This document shows positions 27,853 to 38,672 of a stretch of DNA of 64,000 nucleotides, in pieces. Each line of letters opens with the position of its first letter. Positions within the stretch are counted from its first letter, which is position 1. The translations under genes were made by a program, and so were the position numbers. The stretch lies in NCBI GenBank assembly GCA_963704935.1, contig CAVPIF010000003.1, forward strand, positions 12,256 to 76,255. Reading direction: 5' to 3'. The notes beneath the pieces are model-generated. The model was given only the letters and a program-made list of their open reading frames with translations, had not been told where the DNA came from and ran no database searches. The stretch comes from an uncultured Chloroflexia bacterium (GTDB taxonomy: Bacteria > Chloroflexota > Limnocylindria > Limnocylindrales > CSP1-4).

Positions 27853-28185
27853 ATGGCCGACGATTGGCGGACGCCGGATGTCGAGGCGCTACTCGGCGCG
27901 ATCCGGCGCCTGGACACGACGGAGGAGGCCGAGCGGTTCTTTCGCGACCTGTGCACGCTCAACGAGCTGCACGACATGAGCCAGCGTTGGGCGGTCGTCC
28001 GGTTGCTGGACGCCGGCCTGCACTATGCCGAGATCTCGCGGGAGACCGGCGCCAGCACGGCGACGATCACCCGGATCGCGTCGTGGCTCAACCACGGCGA
28101 AGGCGGCTATCGGGCGATGCTGGACAAGCTGGCCGCCGCCGGATCGTCCGGCACGGACCCCTACCCCACCGCCACGGAACGCTGA
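27853..28185 (+). CDS. YerC/YecD-family TrpR-like DNA-binding protein; candidate histidine-operon regulator
   Basis: ORF 27841..28185; the ATG at 27853 has a better-spaced GAGGTGA. The sequence is ...FFRDLCTLNELHDMSQRWAVVRLLDAGLHYAEISRETGASTATITRIASWL. Its stop lies 13 nt before hisG. Confidence 0.8.
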   Translation: MADDWRTPDVEALLGAIRRLDTTEEAERFFRDLCTLNELHDMSQRWAVVRLLDAGLHYAEISRETGASTATITRIASWLNHGEGGYRAMLDKLAAAGSSGTDPYPTATER

Positions 28186-28198
28186 GGCCGATCACGCC

Positions 28199-29071
28199 AT
28201 GACCGACCCGAACACGGGCCGCCTCCGCCTCGCCATCCCGAACAAGGGCCGGATGGTGGAACCCACCCTGCGGCTGCTCCACGATGCGGGGCTCGTGTTC
28301 GAGGAGCACGACCGCAGCCTCGTGTCGAGGGTCCAGAACTTCGAGCTCGACATCCTGTTCGTGCGCACCAACGACATCATCGAGTTCGTCGGGGACGGCG
28401 TCGCCGACCTCGGCATCACGGGGATCGACCTGTTGTCGGAGACGGGCGCGGACCTGCCGCTCGTCCGCGAGCTCGGGTACGGGCGCTGCCGCCTGGCGAC
28501 GGCCGTGCCGAACGACGCACCGTATCGGTCGGTGGAGGAACTGGCCGGTCTGCGCGTCGCCACGGCGCACCCGAACACGGCCCGCCGCTACTTCGCCGGC
28601 CGCGACATCCCGGTCGACATCATCCCGATCTCGGGCGCGGTCGAAGTGGCTCCGCGACTCGGCCTGGCGGAGGCCATCGTGGACCTGGTCTCCACCGGAT
28701 CCACGCTCGTGATGAACGGCCTGCGGCAGGTCGGGGACGTGCTGGAGAGCCAGGCCATCCTCGTCGCCAACCCGACCTCGGCCCGCGAGCGCGCCGACGA
28801 CCTGGCGGCGATCGACACGATGCTGTCCGCGGTCATCGCGGCGCGTGGGCGCAAGTACCTGATGATGAATGCGCCCGCGAACCATCTCGGGGAGCTCGAG
28901 GCCCTGCTCCCGGCTCTCGAATCGCCGACGGTCATCCCGCTCGCGCATGACGGCATGATCGCCATCCACTCGGTCGTCGGGGCGGACGACGTGTGGGGCC
29001 TCCTGCCGCGCCTCAAGGCCGCCGGAGCGACCGGGATCCTCGTCCTGCCGATCGAGAAGATCGTCCCGTGA
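28199..29071 (+). CDS. hisG: ATP phosphoribosyltransferase, long form
   Basis: In ORF 28025..29071, starting from MTDPNTGRLRLAIPNKGRM. It is 290 aa. Confidence 0.93.
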   Translation: MTDPNTGRLRLAIPNKGRMVEPTLRLLHDAGLVFEEHDRSLVSRVQNFELDILFVRTNDIIEFVGDGVADLGITGIDLLSETGADLPLVRELGYGRCRLATAVPNDAPYRSVEELAGLRVATAHPNTARRYFAGRDIPVDIIPISGAVEVAPRLGLAEAIVDLVSTGSTLVMNGLRQVGDVLESQAILVANPTSARERADDLAAIDTMLSAVIAARGRKYLMMNAPANHLGELEALLPALESPTVIPLAHDGMIAIHSVVGADDVWGLLPRLKAAGATGILVLPIEKIVP

Positions 29072-30420
29072 CCGCTCCCGCGAACGCGGCTCTGCGCTTC
29101 CGCCGCCTGGACCTGGCCGCCGTCGCCGCCGGGGATCCGGAGGCGATCGCCCATCGGCGCAGCCTGGTGCGGCGCGGGGCCGTGCCGGATCCCGCGGTGC
29201 GCGAGGCCGCGCGCACGACGCTGGCCGACGTCCGCGCCCGCGGCGATGCAGCGGTACGCGACGCCAATGCGCGGGTCGGTGGGGGGCGTCCGGACGGCCG
29301 TATCGTGCTGGAACTCGCGGAGCTGGCCGCCGCCCGCGACGCGCTGCCCCGCGGCATCCGGCGAGCACTGGACCAGGCGATCGCCAACGTCACCCGCTTC
29401 GCCGAGGACCAGCGGCCATCGAGCCACAGGACGGTGATCGCGCCGGGCATCGACATCGAGCGCCGCTGGGCGCCGCTGGCGAGTGTCGGGGCCTACGTCC
29501 CGGGAGGGTCCGCCCCCTACCCGAGCTCGCTCGTGATGACCGTCGTCCCGGCCAGGGTCGCCGGCGTCGAGCGCGTGATCGTCGCCTCCCCGGCCGACCG
29601 TGACGGCGTGAACCATCCCGTCCTGCTCGGTGCCGCCGGCCTGCTGGAGGTCGATGCCCTGGTCGTCGCCGGCGGAGCGCAGGCGATCGGCGCGCTCGCC
29701 TACGGCCTCCCGGACGCCGGCATCGAACCCGCGGACCGGATCGTGGGGCCGGGGAATGCCTGGGTCACGGCCGCCAAGATCGAGGTCTGCGGCGAGGTCG
29801 GCATCGACCTGCCGGCCGGCCCGTCGGAGGGCCTCGTCCTCGCCGCGCCACCCGCCGATCCCCGGCGCGTCGCGCTTGACCTCGTCACGCAGGCGGAGCA
29901 CGGGCCCGACTCGCCGGCCATCCTCGTGACCACGGATCCGGCCTTCGCCGATGCGGTGGAGGACGCGGTGCGCGACCTGCTGGCGACCGCACTTCGTCGC
30001 GAGATCCTGGCACGCTCGCTCGGGGAGCACGGTCGCATCGTCCTCGCGCCGGACCTGGACGCGGCCATCGACTTCGCGAATGACTACGGGCCGGAACACC
30101 TGTCGGTCGATGTCGAGCCGCTGGAGCCCACCGTGGAACGCCTTCGCAACGCCGGCTCGCTGTTCGTCGGCCCGTGGGCCCCGGAGTCGGCCGGCGACTA
30201 CGCGACGGGCGCCAACCACGTCCTGCCGACCGGCGGCCTGGCGCGGTCGTCCGGTGGCCTCTCCGTGGAGGCGTACGGCAAGTACACCCAGGTCCAGCGC
30301 ATCACCCGCGAGGGGCTGCTCGGGATCCGCGACACGGTCACGACGCTGGCCGAGGCCGAAGGCCTGCACGCCCACCGCGATGCCGTCGCTCGACGCTTCG
30401 ACGCGGACGCCGACGCATGA
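29068..30420 (+). CDS. hisD: Histidinol dehydrogenase
   Basis: In ORF 28993..30420. The GTG start overlaps the hisG stop. It carries AGPSE, TQAEHGPDS, GDYATGANHVLPT. Confidence 0.95.
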   Translation: MTAPANAALRFRRLDLAAVAAGDPEAIAHRRSLVRRGAVPDPAVREAARTTLADVRARGDAAVRDANARVGGGRPDGRIVLELAELAAARDALPRGIRRALDQAIANVTRFAEDQRPSSHRTVIAPGIDIERRWAPLASVGAYVPGGSAPYPSSLVMTVVPARVAGVERVIVASPADRDGVNHPVLLGAAGLLEVDALVVAGGAQAIGALAYGLPDAGIEPADRIVGPGNAWVTAAKIEVCGEVGIDLPAGPSEGLVLAAPPADPRRVALDLVTQAEHGPDSPAILVTTDPAFADAVEDAVRDLLATALRREILARSLGEHGRIVLAPDLDAAIDFANDYGPEHLSVDVEPLEPTVERLRNAGSLFVGPWAPESAGDYATGANHVLPTGGLARSSGGLSVEAYGKYTQVQRITREGLLGIRDTVTTLAEAEGLHAHRDAVARRFDADADA

Positions 30421-31604
30421 GCCCGACCCCGGTCAGCTTCAGCCTGCCCACGGAACCTGCCGGCTACAGCTGGGAAGCCACGGACGAGGGCGTCGCCGCG
30501 CGCTACGGCCTGCCGATCGAGGAGATCGTCCGGTTCGACGTCAACACGTCGCCGACCCCACCGGATCTCGTCGCTCGACTGCTCGCGGCGGGCCGCTTCG
30601 AGACCGCCCTGTCCGAGTACCCGCCGTCCGACTACCGCCGGCTGGTCGACGCCGCCGCGACCCGCTACGGCGTCGGGCGCGACGAGGTGCTGGTGGGAGC
30701 CGGGGCGGACGAGATCCTGGACCTCGTCGCGAAGGCCTTCATCGCCCCGGGGTCCGCCGCGATCGTCCCCGCCCCGACGTACGCCATGTACCGGATCGAC
30801 ACGGAGCAGCGGCCGGCCCGCGCCATCGTCGTCGACCGGCTCGCTGCGGCGGAGGGCTACGCCCTGGACCTGCCAGCGATCCTGAGCGCGGCACGTGACG
30901 AGGCCGCGGCCGTCGTCTGGCTGTGCGACCCGAACAACCCGACCGCGCAGGCCGAGCCCGAGGGGGCCATCGCCAGCCTGCTGGCCGGCCTCACCGCCGA
31001 TGCCTCACTGCGCGGCGCTGAACCACCCATCGTGGTCATCGACGAGGCGTACTCGGAGTTCGTGGGTCGGTCGCATGTCGGACTTCGCGCTTCGTACCCG
31101 CGCCTGGTCGTCATCCGCACCGCGAGCAAGGCCTATGCCCTGGCCGGTCTGCGGGTCGGGTTCGCGCTCGCGCGTCCGGAGCTGATCGCCCGGATGAACC
31201 CGTACCGCCCGCCGGGCTCGGTGTCCACGGTGTCGGTCACGGTCGTCACCGAGGCCCTCCTGGATCCGGGTGTCCTGCGCGACAACCTGGCCCGCGTGGA
31301 GCGCGAGCGGGACCGCCTTTGCGACACACTCCGCGGCATCGGTTGGGACGTGGGACCGTCGGTGACGAACTTCCTGCTCGTGGCGTTCGGGTCGCCCGCC
31401 CGGGCCGGCGCCGCAGCGGAGGGCCTGCTGCGGCGCGGGCTCGTGCCGCGCACCTTCGGTCCGTCCCATCCGCTGGCCGACCACCTGCGCCTGACGGTCC
31501 GCGCGCCGGACGAGAACGATCGACTGATCGACGCCGCTCGGGCGATCGGATCCGCCACCGACCCCGACCCGGCCACCGACCCCGTCCAGGAGACACCCGC
31601 ATGA
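30417..31604 (+). CDS. hisC: Histidinol-phosphate aminotransferase
   Basis: In ORF 30174..31604 with an ATGA overlap. It carries DPNNPTA and the RTASKAYALAGLRVG PLP lysine motif. Confidence 0.93.
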   Translation: MSPTPVSFSLPTEPAGYSWEATDEGVAARYGLPIEEIVRFDVNTSPTPPDLVARLLAAGRFETALSEYPPSDYRRLVDAAATRYGVGRDEVLVGAGADEILDLVAKAFIAPGSAAIVPAPTYAMYRIDTEQRPARAIVVDRLAAAEGYALDLPAILSAARDEAAAVVWLCDPNNPTAQAEPEGAIASLLAGLTADASLRGAEPPIVVIDEAYSEFVGRSHVGLRASYPRLVVIRTASKAYALAGLRVGFALARPELIARMNPYRPPGSVSTVSVTVVTEALLDPGVLRDNLARVERERDRLCDTLRGIGWDVGPSVTNFLLVAFGSPARAGAAAEGLLRRGLVPRTFGPSHPLADHLRLTVRAPDENDRLIDAARAIGSATDPDPATDPVQETPA

Positions 31605-32227
31605 CGACGCCGCTCGGCAACCTCGAGGTCCGCGAGCGGACCGGCCGGCGGGTGACCGTCGCCCGCCAGACGCGCGAGACCGACATCGCGATCACGCTGG
31701 ACCTCGACGGAACGGGGGGCGCCTCGGTCACCACGGGGATCGGCTTCTACGACCACCTCCTGACGTCGTTCGCCCACCACGGCCTGTTCGACCTCTTCGT
31801 GGACGCGCACGGAGACCTCGAGGTCGACGAACACCACACCGTGGAGGACGTGGCTCTGGTCCTCGGCGCCGCCTTCGCGGAGGCGCTCGGCGACCGCGCC
31901 GGGATCCGTCGGTTCGGCGACGCTGCGGTCCCGATGGACGAATCGGTCGCGACCGCGGTCCTGGACGTCGGCGGCCGGCCGTATGCCGTCATCGACCTGC
32001 CGTTCCGCGGCGAGCGGGCCGGCGGTCTGCCGCTGCAGCTCGTGGAGCACGCCCTGGAGTCGTTCGCCCGGACGTCCGGCACGACGCTGCACCTTCGTGG
32101 CACCGGGCGCAACGACCATCACCTCGCCGAGGCGGCGTTCAAGGCCCTCGCTCGCGCGCTGCGGGCAGCCTGCGAACCCGACCCGCGGAGGACCGGCGTG
32201 GCGTCGACCAAGGGGTCGCTCGGATGA
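31601..32227 (+). CDS. hisB: Imidazoleglycerol-phosphate dehydratase
   Basis: In ORF 31319..32227 with an ATGA overlap. It carries RETDIAITLDLDG, DEHHTVEDVALVLG and GRNDHHLAEAAFKA. Confidence 0.95.
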   Translation: MTTPLGNLEVRERTGRRVTVARQTRETDIAITLDLDGTGGASVTTGIGFYDHLLTSFAHHGLFDLFVDAHGDLEVDEHHTVEDVALVLGAAFAEALGDRAGIRRFGDAAVPMDESVATAVLDVGGRPYAVIDLPFRGERAGGLPLQLVEHALESFARTSGTTLHLRGTGRNDHHLAEAAFKALARALRAACEPDPRRTGVASTKGSLG

Positions 32228-32895
32228 CGTCGACGGTCCGCCGACCGCGCATCGCCGTCGTCGACTATGGCGCCGGGAACCTGGTCAGTATCGAGCAGGC
32301 GCTCACGCAGGTCGGGGCGGCCGTGTCCATCGCCACGGACGGCGATGGGCTGCGAGCGGTCGATGCCGTCGTCGTCCCGGGTGTCGGGGCCGCGGCGCCG
32401 GCCATGGCTCGACTGGACCGGCGCGGCCTGACGGACCCGATCCGGTCATGGATCGCCGACGACCGGCCGTTCCTGGGCATCTGTCTCGGGCTCCAGCTGC
32501 TGTTCGACGGGAGCGACGAGGACGGGGCCGTGACGCTGGGCGCGCTGGCCGGTCGGACGGTGCGCCTCGATGGGGCTCCCACGCTGCCGCACATCGGCTG
32601 GAACCAGGTCGTGCGGCGGATCGTGCATCCGCTGTTCGACGGCATCGACGACGGCGCCGACTTCTACTTCGTGCACTCGTACGCAGGCCTCCCCGCGGCC
32701 GGGCTGACCGACGAGGCCGTCGTCGCCACGACCGACCACGGCGCACCGTTCGTGTCGGCGGTCGCCCGGGGCTCGCTGCTCGGGGTGCAGTTCCACCCGG
32801 AGCGAAGTGGCGACGACGGCCTCCGCCTGCTCGCCAACTTCGTCGAGGTCGTCGGCGCACCGGCCGGGTCCCGCCGTGACGCGGTGCCGGCCTGA
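32224..32895 (+). CDS. hisH: Imidazole glycerol phosphate synthase, glutaminase subunit
   Basis: 223-aa ORF. It carries [18 protein letters not shown] and QFHPERSG. Confidence 0.95.
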   Translation: MTSTVRRPRIAVVDYGAGNLVSIEQALTQVGAAVSIATDGDGLRAVDAVVVPGVGAAAPAMARLDRRGLTDPIRSWIADDRPFLGICLGLQLLFDGSDEDGAVTLGALAGRTVRLDGAPTLPHIGWNQVVRRIVHPLFDGIDDGADFYFVHSYAGLPAAGLTDEAVVATTDHGAPFVSAVARGSLLGVQFHPERSGDDGLRLLANFVEVVGAPAGSRRDAVPA

Positions 32896-33689
32896 TGCTG
32901 CGCCGGCGGGTGATCCCGTGCCTGGACGTGGCCGATGGACGGGTCGTCAAGGGCACCCGCTTCGTCGATCTCGTCGATGCCGGCGACCCGCCCGAGCTGG
33001 CGGCGCGCTACGCGCGCGAAGGCGCGGACGAACTCGTGTTCCTCGACATCACGGCCGCCCCGGAGCGCCGGGGCACCCTGCTCGACATCGTGGAGCGGAC
33101 GGCCCGACGGGCGTTCATCCCACTGACCGTCGGCGGCGGCGTCCGGACCGTGTCCGAGATGCGCGACGTGCTGCGGGCCGGGGCGGACAAGGTCTCGCTC
33201 AACACGGCCGCCGTGGCGGACCCGGACCTGATCTCCCGCTGCGCCGGCCGATTCGGGCGGCAGGCCGTCGTCGTCGCGATCGATGCTCGGCGGCGGCCGA
33301 CCGGCGGGGCCGACGGCGAGCCGACCTGGGAGGTCGTGGTGAAGGGTGGCCGGGAGGGTACGGGCCTCGACGCCATCGCCTGGGCGTTCCGGGCGTGCGA
33401 TCTCGGCGCGGGCGAGCTCCTCGTCACGTCCATCGATCGCGACGGGACGGGCCAGGGCTTCGACACCGACCTGCTCCGGGCGATCGTGGATCGGGTCGGC
33501 GTGCCGGTCATCGCGTCCGGAGGCGCGGCCGGACCGGCCGACTTCGTGACGGCCGTGCGCGACGGCCACGCGGATGCGGTACTGGCGGCATCGATCTTCC
33601 ATCGGCGGATCCACTCGATCGCGGCCGTCAAGGCCGCCATGGCCGGGGCCGGCCTGCCGGTCCGGCTCGTGCCGGAGGCTGTCGCATGA
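32895..33689 (+). CDS. hisF: Imidazole glycerol phosphate synthase, cyclase subunit
   Basis: 264-aa ORF. It carries [28 protein letters not shown] and ASGGAG. Confidence 0.95.
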   Translation: MLRRRVIPCLDVADGRVVKGTRFVDLVDAGDPPELAARYAREGADELVFLDITAAPERRGTLLDIVERTARRAFIPLTVGGGVRTVSEMRDVLRAGADKVSLNTAAVADPDLISRCAGRFGRQAVVVAIDARRRPTGGADGEPTWEVVVKGGREGTGLDAIAWAFRACDLGAGELLVTSIDRDGTGQGFDTDLLRAIVDRVGVPVIASGGAAGPADFVTAVRDGHADAVLAASIFHRRIHSIAAVKAAMAGAGLPVRLVPEAVA

Positions 33690-34342
33690 CCGCGCTCACG
33701 GCCGGGATCCGGTACGACGGCGCCGGGCTGGTCCCGGCGGTCATCCAGGACGTCGCCGACGGACGGGTCCTGATGGTGGCCTACATGGATGCCGAGGCCC
33801 TCGCGGCCACCCTGGCGACGGGCGAGGTCCATTTCCACTCGCGCTCGCGCGACCGGCTGTGGCGCAAGGGCGAGACGTCCGGCAACGTGCTCCGCCTCGT
33901 GTCGCTGGCCGCCGACTGCGACGGCGACGCCCTGCTGGTCACGGCCGCACCCAGCGGCCCGACGTGCCATCGCGACACCCGTTCCTGCTTCGACGACGAC
34001 GGCGGCGGCGAGGCGGCGGCCACCGCGACCTCCCAGGGGTTCGGCTGGCTGGAGTCGCTGTGGGCGACCATCGCGTCGCGTGCTGCGAAGCGCCCCGAAG
34101 GGTCCTACACGACCTCGCTGCTCGAGGGTGGCGTCGACGCGGTCGGCCGCAAGGTGACCGAGGAGGCCACCGAGCTGCTCCTCGCCGCCAAGGACGATGC
34201 GACCGACTCCACGCCGGGCACCCGCGACGCGCTGGCGGGCGAGGCCGCGGACCTGCTGTTCCACGCGCTGGTCCTCCTCGCGGAACGAGGACTTGCTCCG
34301 GCCGCGGTCATCGACGTCCTGCGGACACGCCACACCGGCTGA
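33686..34342 (+). CDS. hisI: Bifunctional phosphoribosyl-AMP cyclohydrolase / phosphoribosyl-ATP pyrophosphatase
   Basis: In ORF 32807..34342 with an ATGA overlap. It carries LVPAVIQD...MVAYMD...[16 protein letters not shown]...C..DALL, then [10 protein letters not shown]...[16 protein letters not shown]. Confidence 0.9.
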   Translation: MTALTAGIRYDGAGLVPAVIQDVADGRVLMVAYMDAEALAATLATGEVHFHSRSRDRLWRKGETSGNVLRLVSLAADCDGDALLVTAAPSGPTCHRDTRSCFDDDGGGEAAATATSQGFGWLESLWATIASRAAKRPEGSYTTSLLEGGVDAVGRKVTEEATELLLAAKDDATDSTPGTRDALAGEAADLLFHALVLLAERGLAPAAVIDVLRTRHTG

Positions 34343-34444
34343 TCGCGCCCCCGCCTCGGTGGCGGACCTGCCATCCACCATCGGCCTGATGCGGCCGAAT
34401 GGCATCAACGCAGGCACCCTGCCCGCGGCCCGGCCGCCACGACC

Positions 34445-35737
34445 TCACCCGGACCGTCGGCCGACCTCCCGCCGCCGCTTCCCGATGCGGACGTCCAGCC
34501 ACTCCCCGGCGATGGGTTCCGGGACGAACGCCGGGTCCGCGACCCGTTGCCCATTGATCGTCACACCGCCGCCGGCGATCATCCGACGCGCCTCGCCCCG
34601 AGAGGCCAAGACCCCGGCCTCGGCCAGCAGCACGGCGGCTCCGGCGGCGAGGGTGGCGTCGTTGAACAGGAATCCACCGGTCGACGCGTGCACGGACGCG
34701 AGCGTCGCCGGATCCGCGATCGGCGATCCGGAGAACATCGCCGCCCCGTCGCGGATGGCGGCTTCGGCCGCCTCGACGCCGTGGGTGCTGGTCGTGATGT
34801 CGCGGGCCAGCGCCCGCTGCGCGGCGCGCGCCTCCGGCCGGGCTTCGGTCTCCGCGTCGAGCGCCTCGATCTCGTCCCGTGGCCGCTCCGTGAACCAGCG
34901 CAGGTACGTCCCGACGTCGCGATCATCCGTGTTCAGCCAGTACTGGTGGAACGCGAACGGCGTGGTGCGGGTCGCGTCAAGCCAGACGGAGTCGCCGGAC
35001 TCGGACTTGCCGAACTTCGTCCCCGACGGTGACAGCAGGAGCTTGTACGCAAGGCCGTGGGCCGCCACCCCCTCGCCCGGCCCGGTTTCGTCGCCCTCCC
35101 CTGCCCCGCCGCTCCGGCGGATCAACTCCAGGCCGGCGGTGATGTTCCCCCACTGGTCCGCGCCGCCCATCTGGAGTTCCACACCCATCGTCCGATGCAG
35201 ATGCCAGAAGTCGTAGGCCTGCAGGAGCATGTACGAGAACTCCGTGAACGACAGGCCGCGGTCCAGGCGTGTCTGGACGGAATCCTTGGCCAGCATGTAC
35301 GGGACCGTGAAGTGCTTGCCCGTGTCGCGCAGGAAGTCGATCAGCGACAGGCCGGCCAGCCAGTCCAGGTTGTTCACCAGGACCGCACCGCCGGCGCCGG
35401 GCGCGAAGTCGAGGAATCGTTCCAGTTGGGCACGCAGCGCGGCGACGTTCGACTCCAGCGTGTCGCGGTCCAGCAGGTTGCGCTCCGCCGACCGCCCGGA
35501 CGGGTCGCCGATCATCCCCGTGCCGCCCCCGACCACCGCGATCGGACGGCCGCCGTGACGCTGGAAGCGGAGGAGGCCGAAGATCGGGATCAGGTGGCCG
35601 ACGTGGAGCGAATCCGCCGACGGGTCGAAGCCGTTGTAGCCGGAGATGGGCCGCCCCGTCGCGAGTCGTTCCGCGAGGCCCGGCGTGGTCGCGTGCAGGA
35701 TGCCGCGCCAGGTCAGCTCGTCGAGCAGGCCCGTCAC
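34445..35737 (-). CDS. tyrS: Tyrosine-tRNA ligase
   Basis: 430-aa ORF. It has the HIGH-type motif SLHVGHLIP, the KMSKS-type motif GTKFGKSESG and a C-terminal S4-like domain. Confidence 0.96.
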   Translation of the reverse strand: MTGLLDELTWRGILHATTPGLAERLATGRPISGYNGFDPSADSLHVGHLIPIFGLLRFQRHGGRPIAVVGGGTGMIGDPSGRSAERNLLDRDTLESNVAALRAQLERFLDFAPGAGGAVLVNNLDWLAGLSLIDFLRDTGKHFTVPYMLAKDSVQTRLDRGLSFTEFSYMLLQAYDFWHLHRTMGVELQMGGADQWGNITAGLELIRRSGGAGEGDETGPGEGVAAHGLAYKLLLSPSGTKFGKSESGDSVWLDATRTTPFAFHQYWLNTDDRDVGTYLRWFTERPRDEIEALDAETEARPEARAAQRALARDITTSTHGVEAAEAAIRDGAAMFSGSPIADPATLASVHASTGGFLFNDATLAAGAAVLLAEAGVLASRGEARRMIAGGGVTINGQRVADPAFVPEPIAGEWLDVRIGKRRREVGRRSG

Positions 35738-35808
35738 AGGGCGGCCGACGAGGTCGTCTCGAACCGGGAGCTTGGCGACGAACGTTCGTTCACGACCCCT
35801 ATGCTATC

Positions 35809-38638
35809 TTGCGGGCTCAGATGCAGACGACTCTCGCGCGGCGGCAGCGTCACAGACGCGCCAACCGTCGCCGTTCCGAGAGGGGCGGCGGAGGTTGGGC
35901 TCGCCGCATCCTCATCGCCGTCCCCGTCATCCTGCTGCTCCTCAGCCTGCTCACGGCAGGAGCTGGAGCCCTGTTCTCGGTCGCCGCGTACAACTACTAC
36001 GCGCAGGGGCTCCCGGACCCCAAGGCCGCCCTCACGAACATCGACTTCGAGCAGCAGACGATCGTCTACGACCGGACCGGCAAGGTGGAGCTGGCTCGCC
36101 TCGGATCGCTCCGCCGCGAGGTCGTCACGTTCGACCAGCTCCCGGACGAGATGCTCGATGCGACGACGGCGATCGAGGACAAGGACTTCTGGGTCAACCC
36201 GGGATTCGACCCGGTCGGCATCATCAGCGCCGGCCTCGACACCATTTCCGGCCGACCGCGCGGGGCGTCCACCATCACCCAGCAGCTGGTCCGCAACCGG
36301 CTGCTGCCGGCCGAGACCCTCCAGCTTCCGACCTACGAGCGGAAGATCAAGGAGATCATCCAGTCGATCCGCCTGACGGAGGCGTATCCCGGCGAGGACG
36401 GCAAGCGCCAGATCATCACGGCGTACCTCAACAACAACTTCTACGGCAACAACAGCTACGGCGTGAAGGCCGCGGCCAAGGGCTACTTCGGCAAGCCGCT
36501 GGAGGAGCTGACCCTCGCCCAGTACGCCATCCTCGCCGCCATCCCCCAGTCGCCGACCAAGTTCGACCTGCTCAGGAACGCCGAGGAGTTCTGCCTCGAC
36601 GAACCCGTTCCTGGCGCCGACCCGACCGCCAGCCCGGACCCGGCGGCCACTCCCGAACCGACCTCGACCGACACCGTCGAATGCGCGAAGGTGGAGCTGC
36701 GGATCCCGACCTCGAGCGAGATCGTCGTCCGCCGCAACTACGTCCTCGATCTCATGAAGTCGCGCAGCCCGCTGTCCGGTGACCGGCACACGGCCGCCGA
36801 GTACGAGGCCGCCAAGCGCGAGCCGGCGATCGTCCAGCCGCAGGTCGCCGCGACCTGGCGGGCTGCCCACTTCGTGTGGCAGGTGCGGGAAGCCCTCGCC
36901 CAGATCCTGTGCCCCGACGCGCCGGACGACTGCCCGGAGGTCGATACCGGCGGCTACCGGGTGACGACCACGCTCGACTGGGAGATGCAGAAGGTCACGG
37001 AGAAGTACGTCTACGCGGCGGCCCGGGCGCCGCAGGCCAAGGACCCTCGGGCGGTCCTCAAGGCTCGCAAGATCCCCGAGAGCCAGTGGGGCTGGATGCT
37101 CAACCTGCGTGGACGCAACATCCACAACGCGGCGGCCGCCGTGATCGACTACCGGACCGGCGAGGTCCTCGCCTATGTCGGCAGCGCGAGCTACACCTCC
37201 AAGGGTTCCGACGAAGTTCCAGCCCCAGTTCGACGTCCTCGCCGACGGCTGGCGCCAGCCCGGTTCGTCGATCAAGCCGATCGACTACCTGATCGGGATC
37301 GACGACAAGACCCTCACCGCCAGCACGATGCTGATGGACGTCGTCACCGACTTCGGCAAGGGGTTCACGCCGACCCAGGCGGACAAGCTCGAGCGCGGTC
37401 CGGTCCGGCTCCGCAGCGCCCTCCAGTTCTCGCTCAACATCCCGGCCATCAAGGCCACCGTCATCAGCGGCCTGGACCGCACCTTCGAGCGGAGCAAGGA
37501 CTTCGGGCTGCGGTTCCGGAGCACGGCCATCCCGGTCGTCTCGATGGGGATCGGCACGCTGGAGACCCATCCCGATCGACATGGTCGACGGCGTACGGGA
37601 CGATCGCCAACGGCGGCGTCCGGATGCCGCGGCAGACGATCCTGACCATCGTCAACGACCAGGGGACGCGCGTCTGGCCGCTGGACGACGCCCCGGCCAA
37701 GGGGACGCAGGTCGCCAGCCCGGCAGGCCGCCTACATCATCACCGACATCCTGGCCGGCAACACGGACAAGAAGGTCAACCCGTACTGGGCCGAGTGGGC
37801 CGTCTACGAGGACGGCAAGCGGCGACCCGCCGCCTACAAGACGGGGACGACCAGCAACAACCGCGACGTCCACGCCTATGGCTACACCGCGCCGCCGAAG
37901 GACCCCGAGGCGCCGGCACTGGTCGTCGGCGTCTGGATGGGCAACAGCGACGACACTCCGAACAAGGGCAGCCTCTCGCTCGATTCCTCCGCGCCGCTGT
38001 GGTCCGCGATCATGACCGCGGTCAGTCGCGACTCGCCGATCGCCTCGTTCACGCCCCCCGATGGCCTGGAGACGGCCGAGGTCGACGCCTTCACCGGGCT
38101 CAAGCCCGGACCGTTCACCACCAAGACGGTCAAGGAGCTCTTCCTGCCCGACACCGTCCCGAGCGACCGCGAGACGATCCGCATCGCGCTCGAGATCGAC
38201 GAGGCGTCGGGCTTGCTGTGGCAGGACGGCTGCGTCGGCCCCAAGGTCACTCGCGGCTTCTTCGACCTGTCGGAGGTCGAGAGCAACTTCCCGGCGTGGC
38301 AGAAGGCCAACACCGCCTGGGCGGCACGGGCTGCCAAGGGGACGGGGGTGCGGGGCGGACCGGAGGGCACCCGGACGACCTACTTCTACAACGGTTCCTT
38401 CGCCCCGTTCGGTCGGACGTGGGGAGCTCCGTTCGCACCCAAGGAGACGTGCCCGCTCGCGCCGCCACCATGCGGTGTCCAGCCGATCGATCCGGACCCG
38501 TCCGACGACATCCCGGCCCCGACGCCGATCCCGTGCCCGACCCCGACCCCGACGCCCGTGCCGTCAGACCCGGGCGACGGCGGTGGCGGCCAACCCAACC
38601 GGCCGACGCCTCGCCCGACCAACGCCCCCGAACCCTAG
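35809..38638 (+). CDS. Class A penicillin-binding protein (glycosyltransferase plus transpeptidase); four frame changes
   Basis: The GT51 motifs are AIEDKDFW and RGASTITQQLVRN. The transpeptidase SxxK motif (PGSSIKP) is in the frame of ORF 37175..37645. AYGTIANGG is back in the first frame. YKTGTTSN and the Pro-rich tail are in the frame of ORF 37937..38638. The changes are at ~37210, ~37572, ~37590 and ~37723. The span length leaves remainder 1 on division by 3. Confidence 0.85.
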
Positions 38639-38655
38639 CCGCCCGGTCGGGCGGC
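38638..38655. terminator. GC hairpin between the convergent PBP and mutS2 genes
   Basis: GCCGCCC-GGTC-GGGCGGC is a perfect 7-bp stem directly after the PBP stop. There is no clear U-tract. Confidence 0.35.
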
Positions 38656-38672
38656 GACGCGGTCATGGCCGG

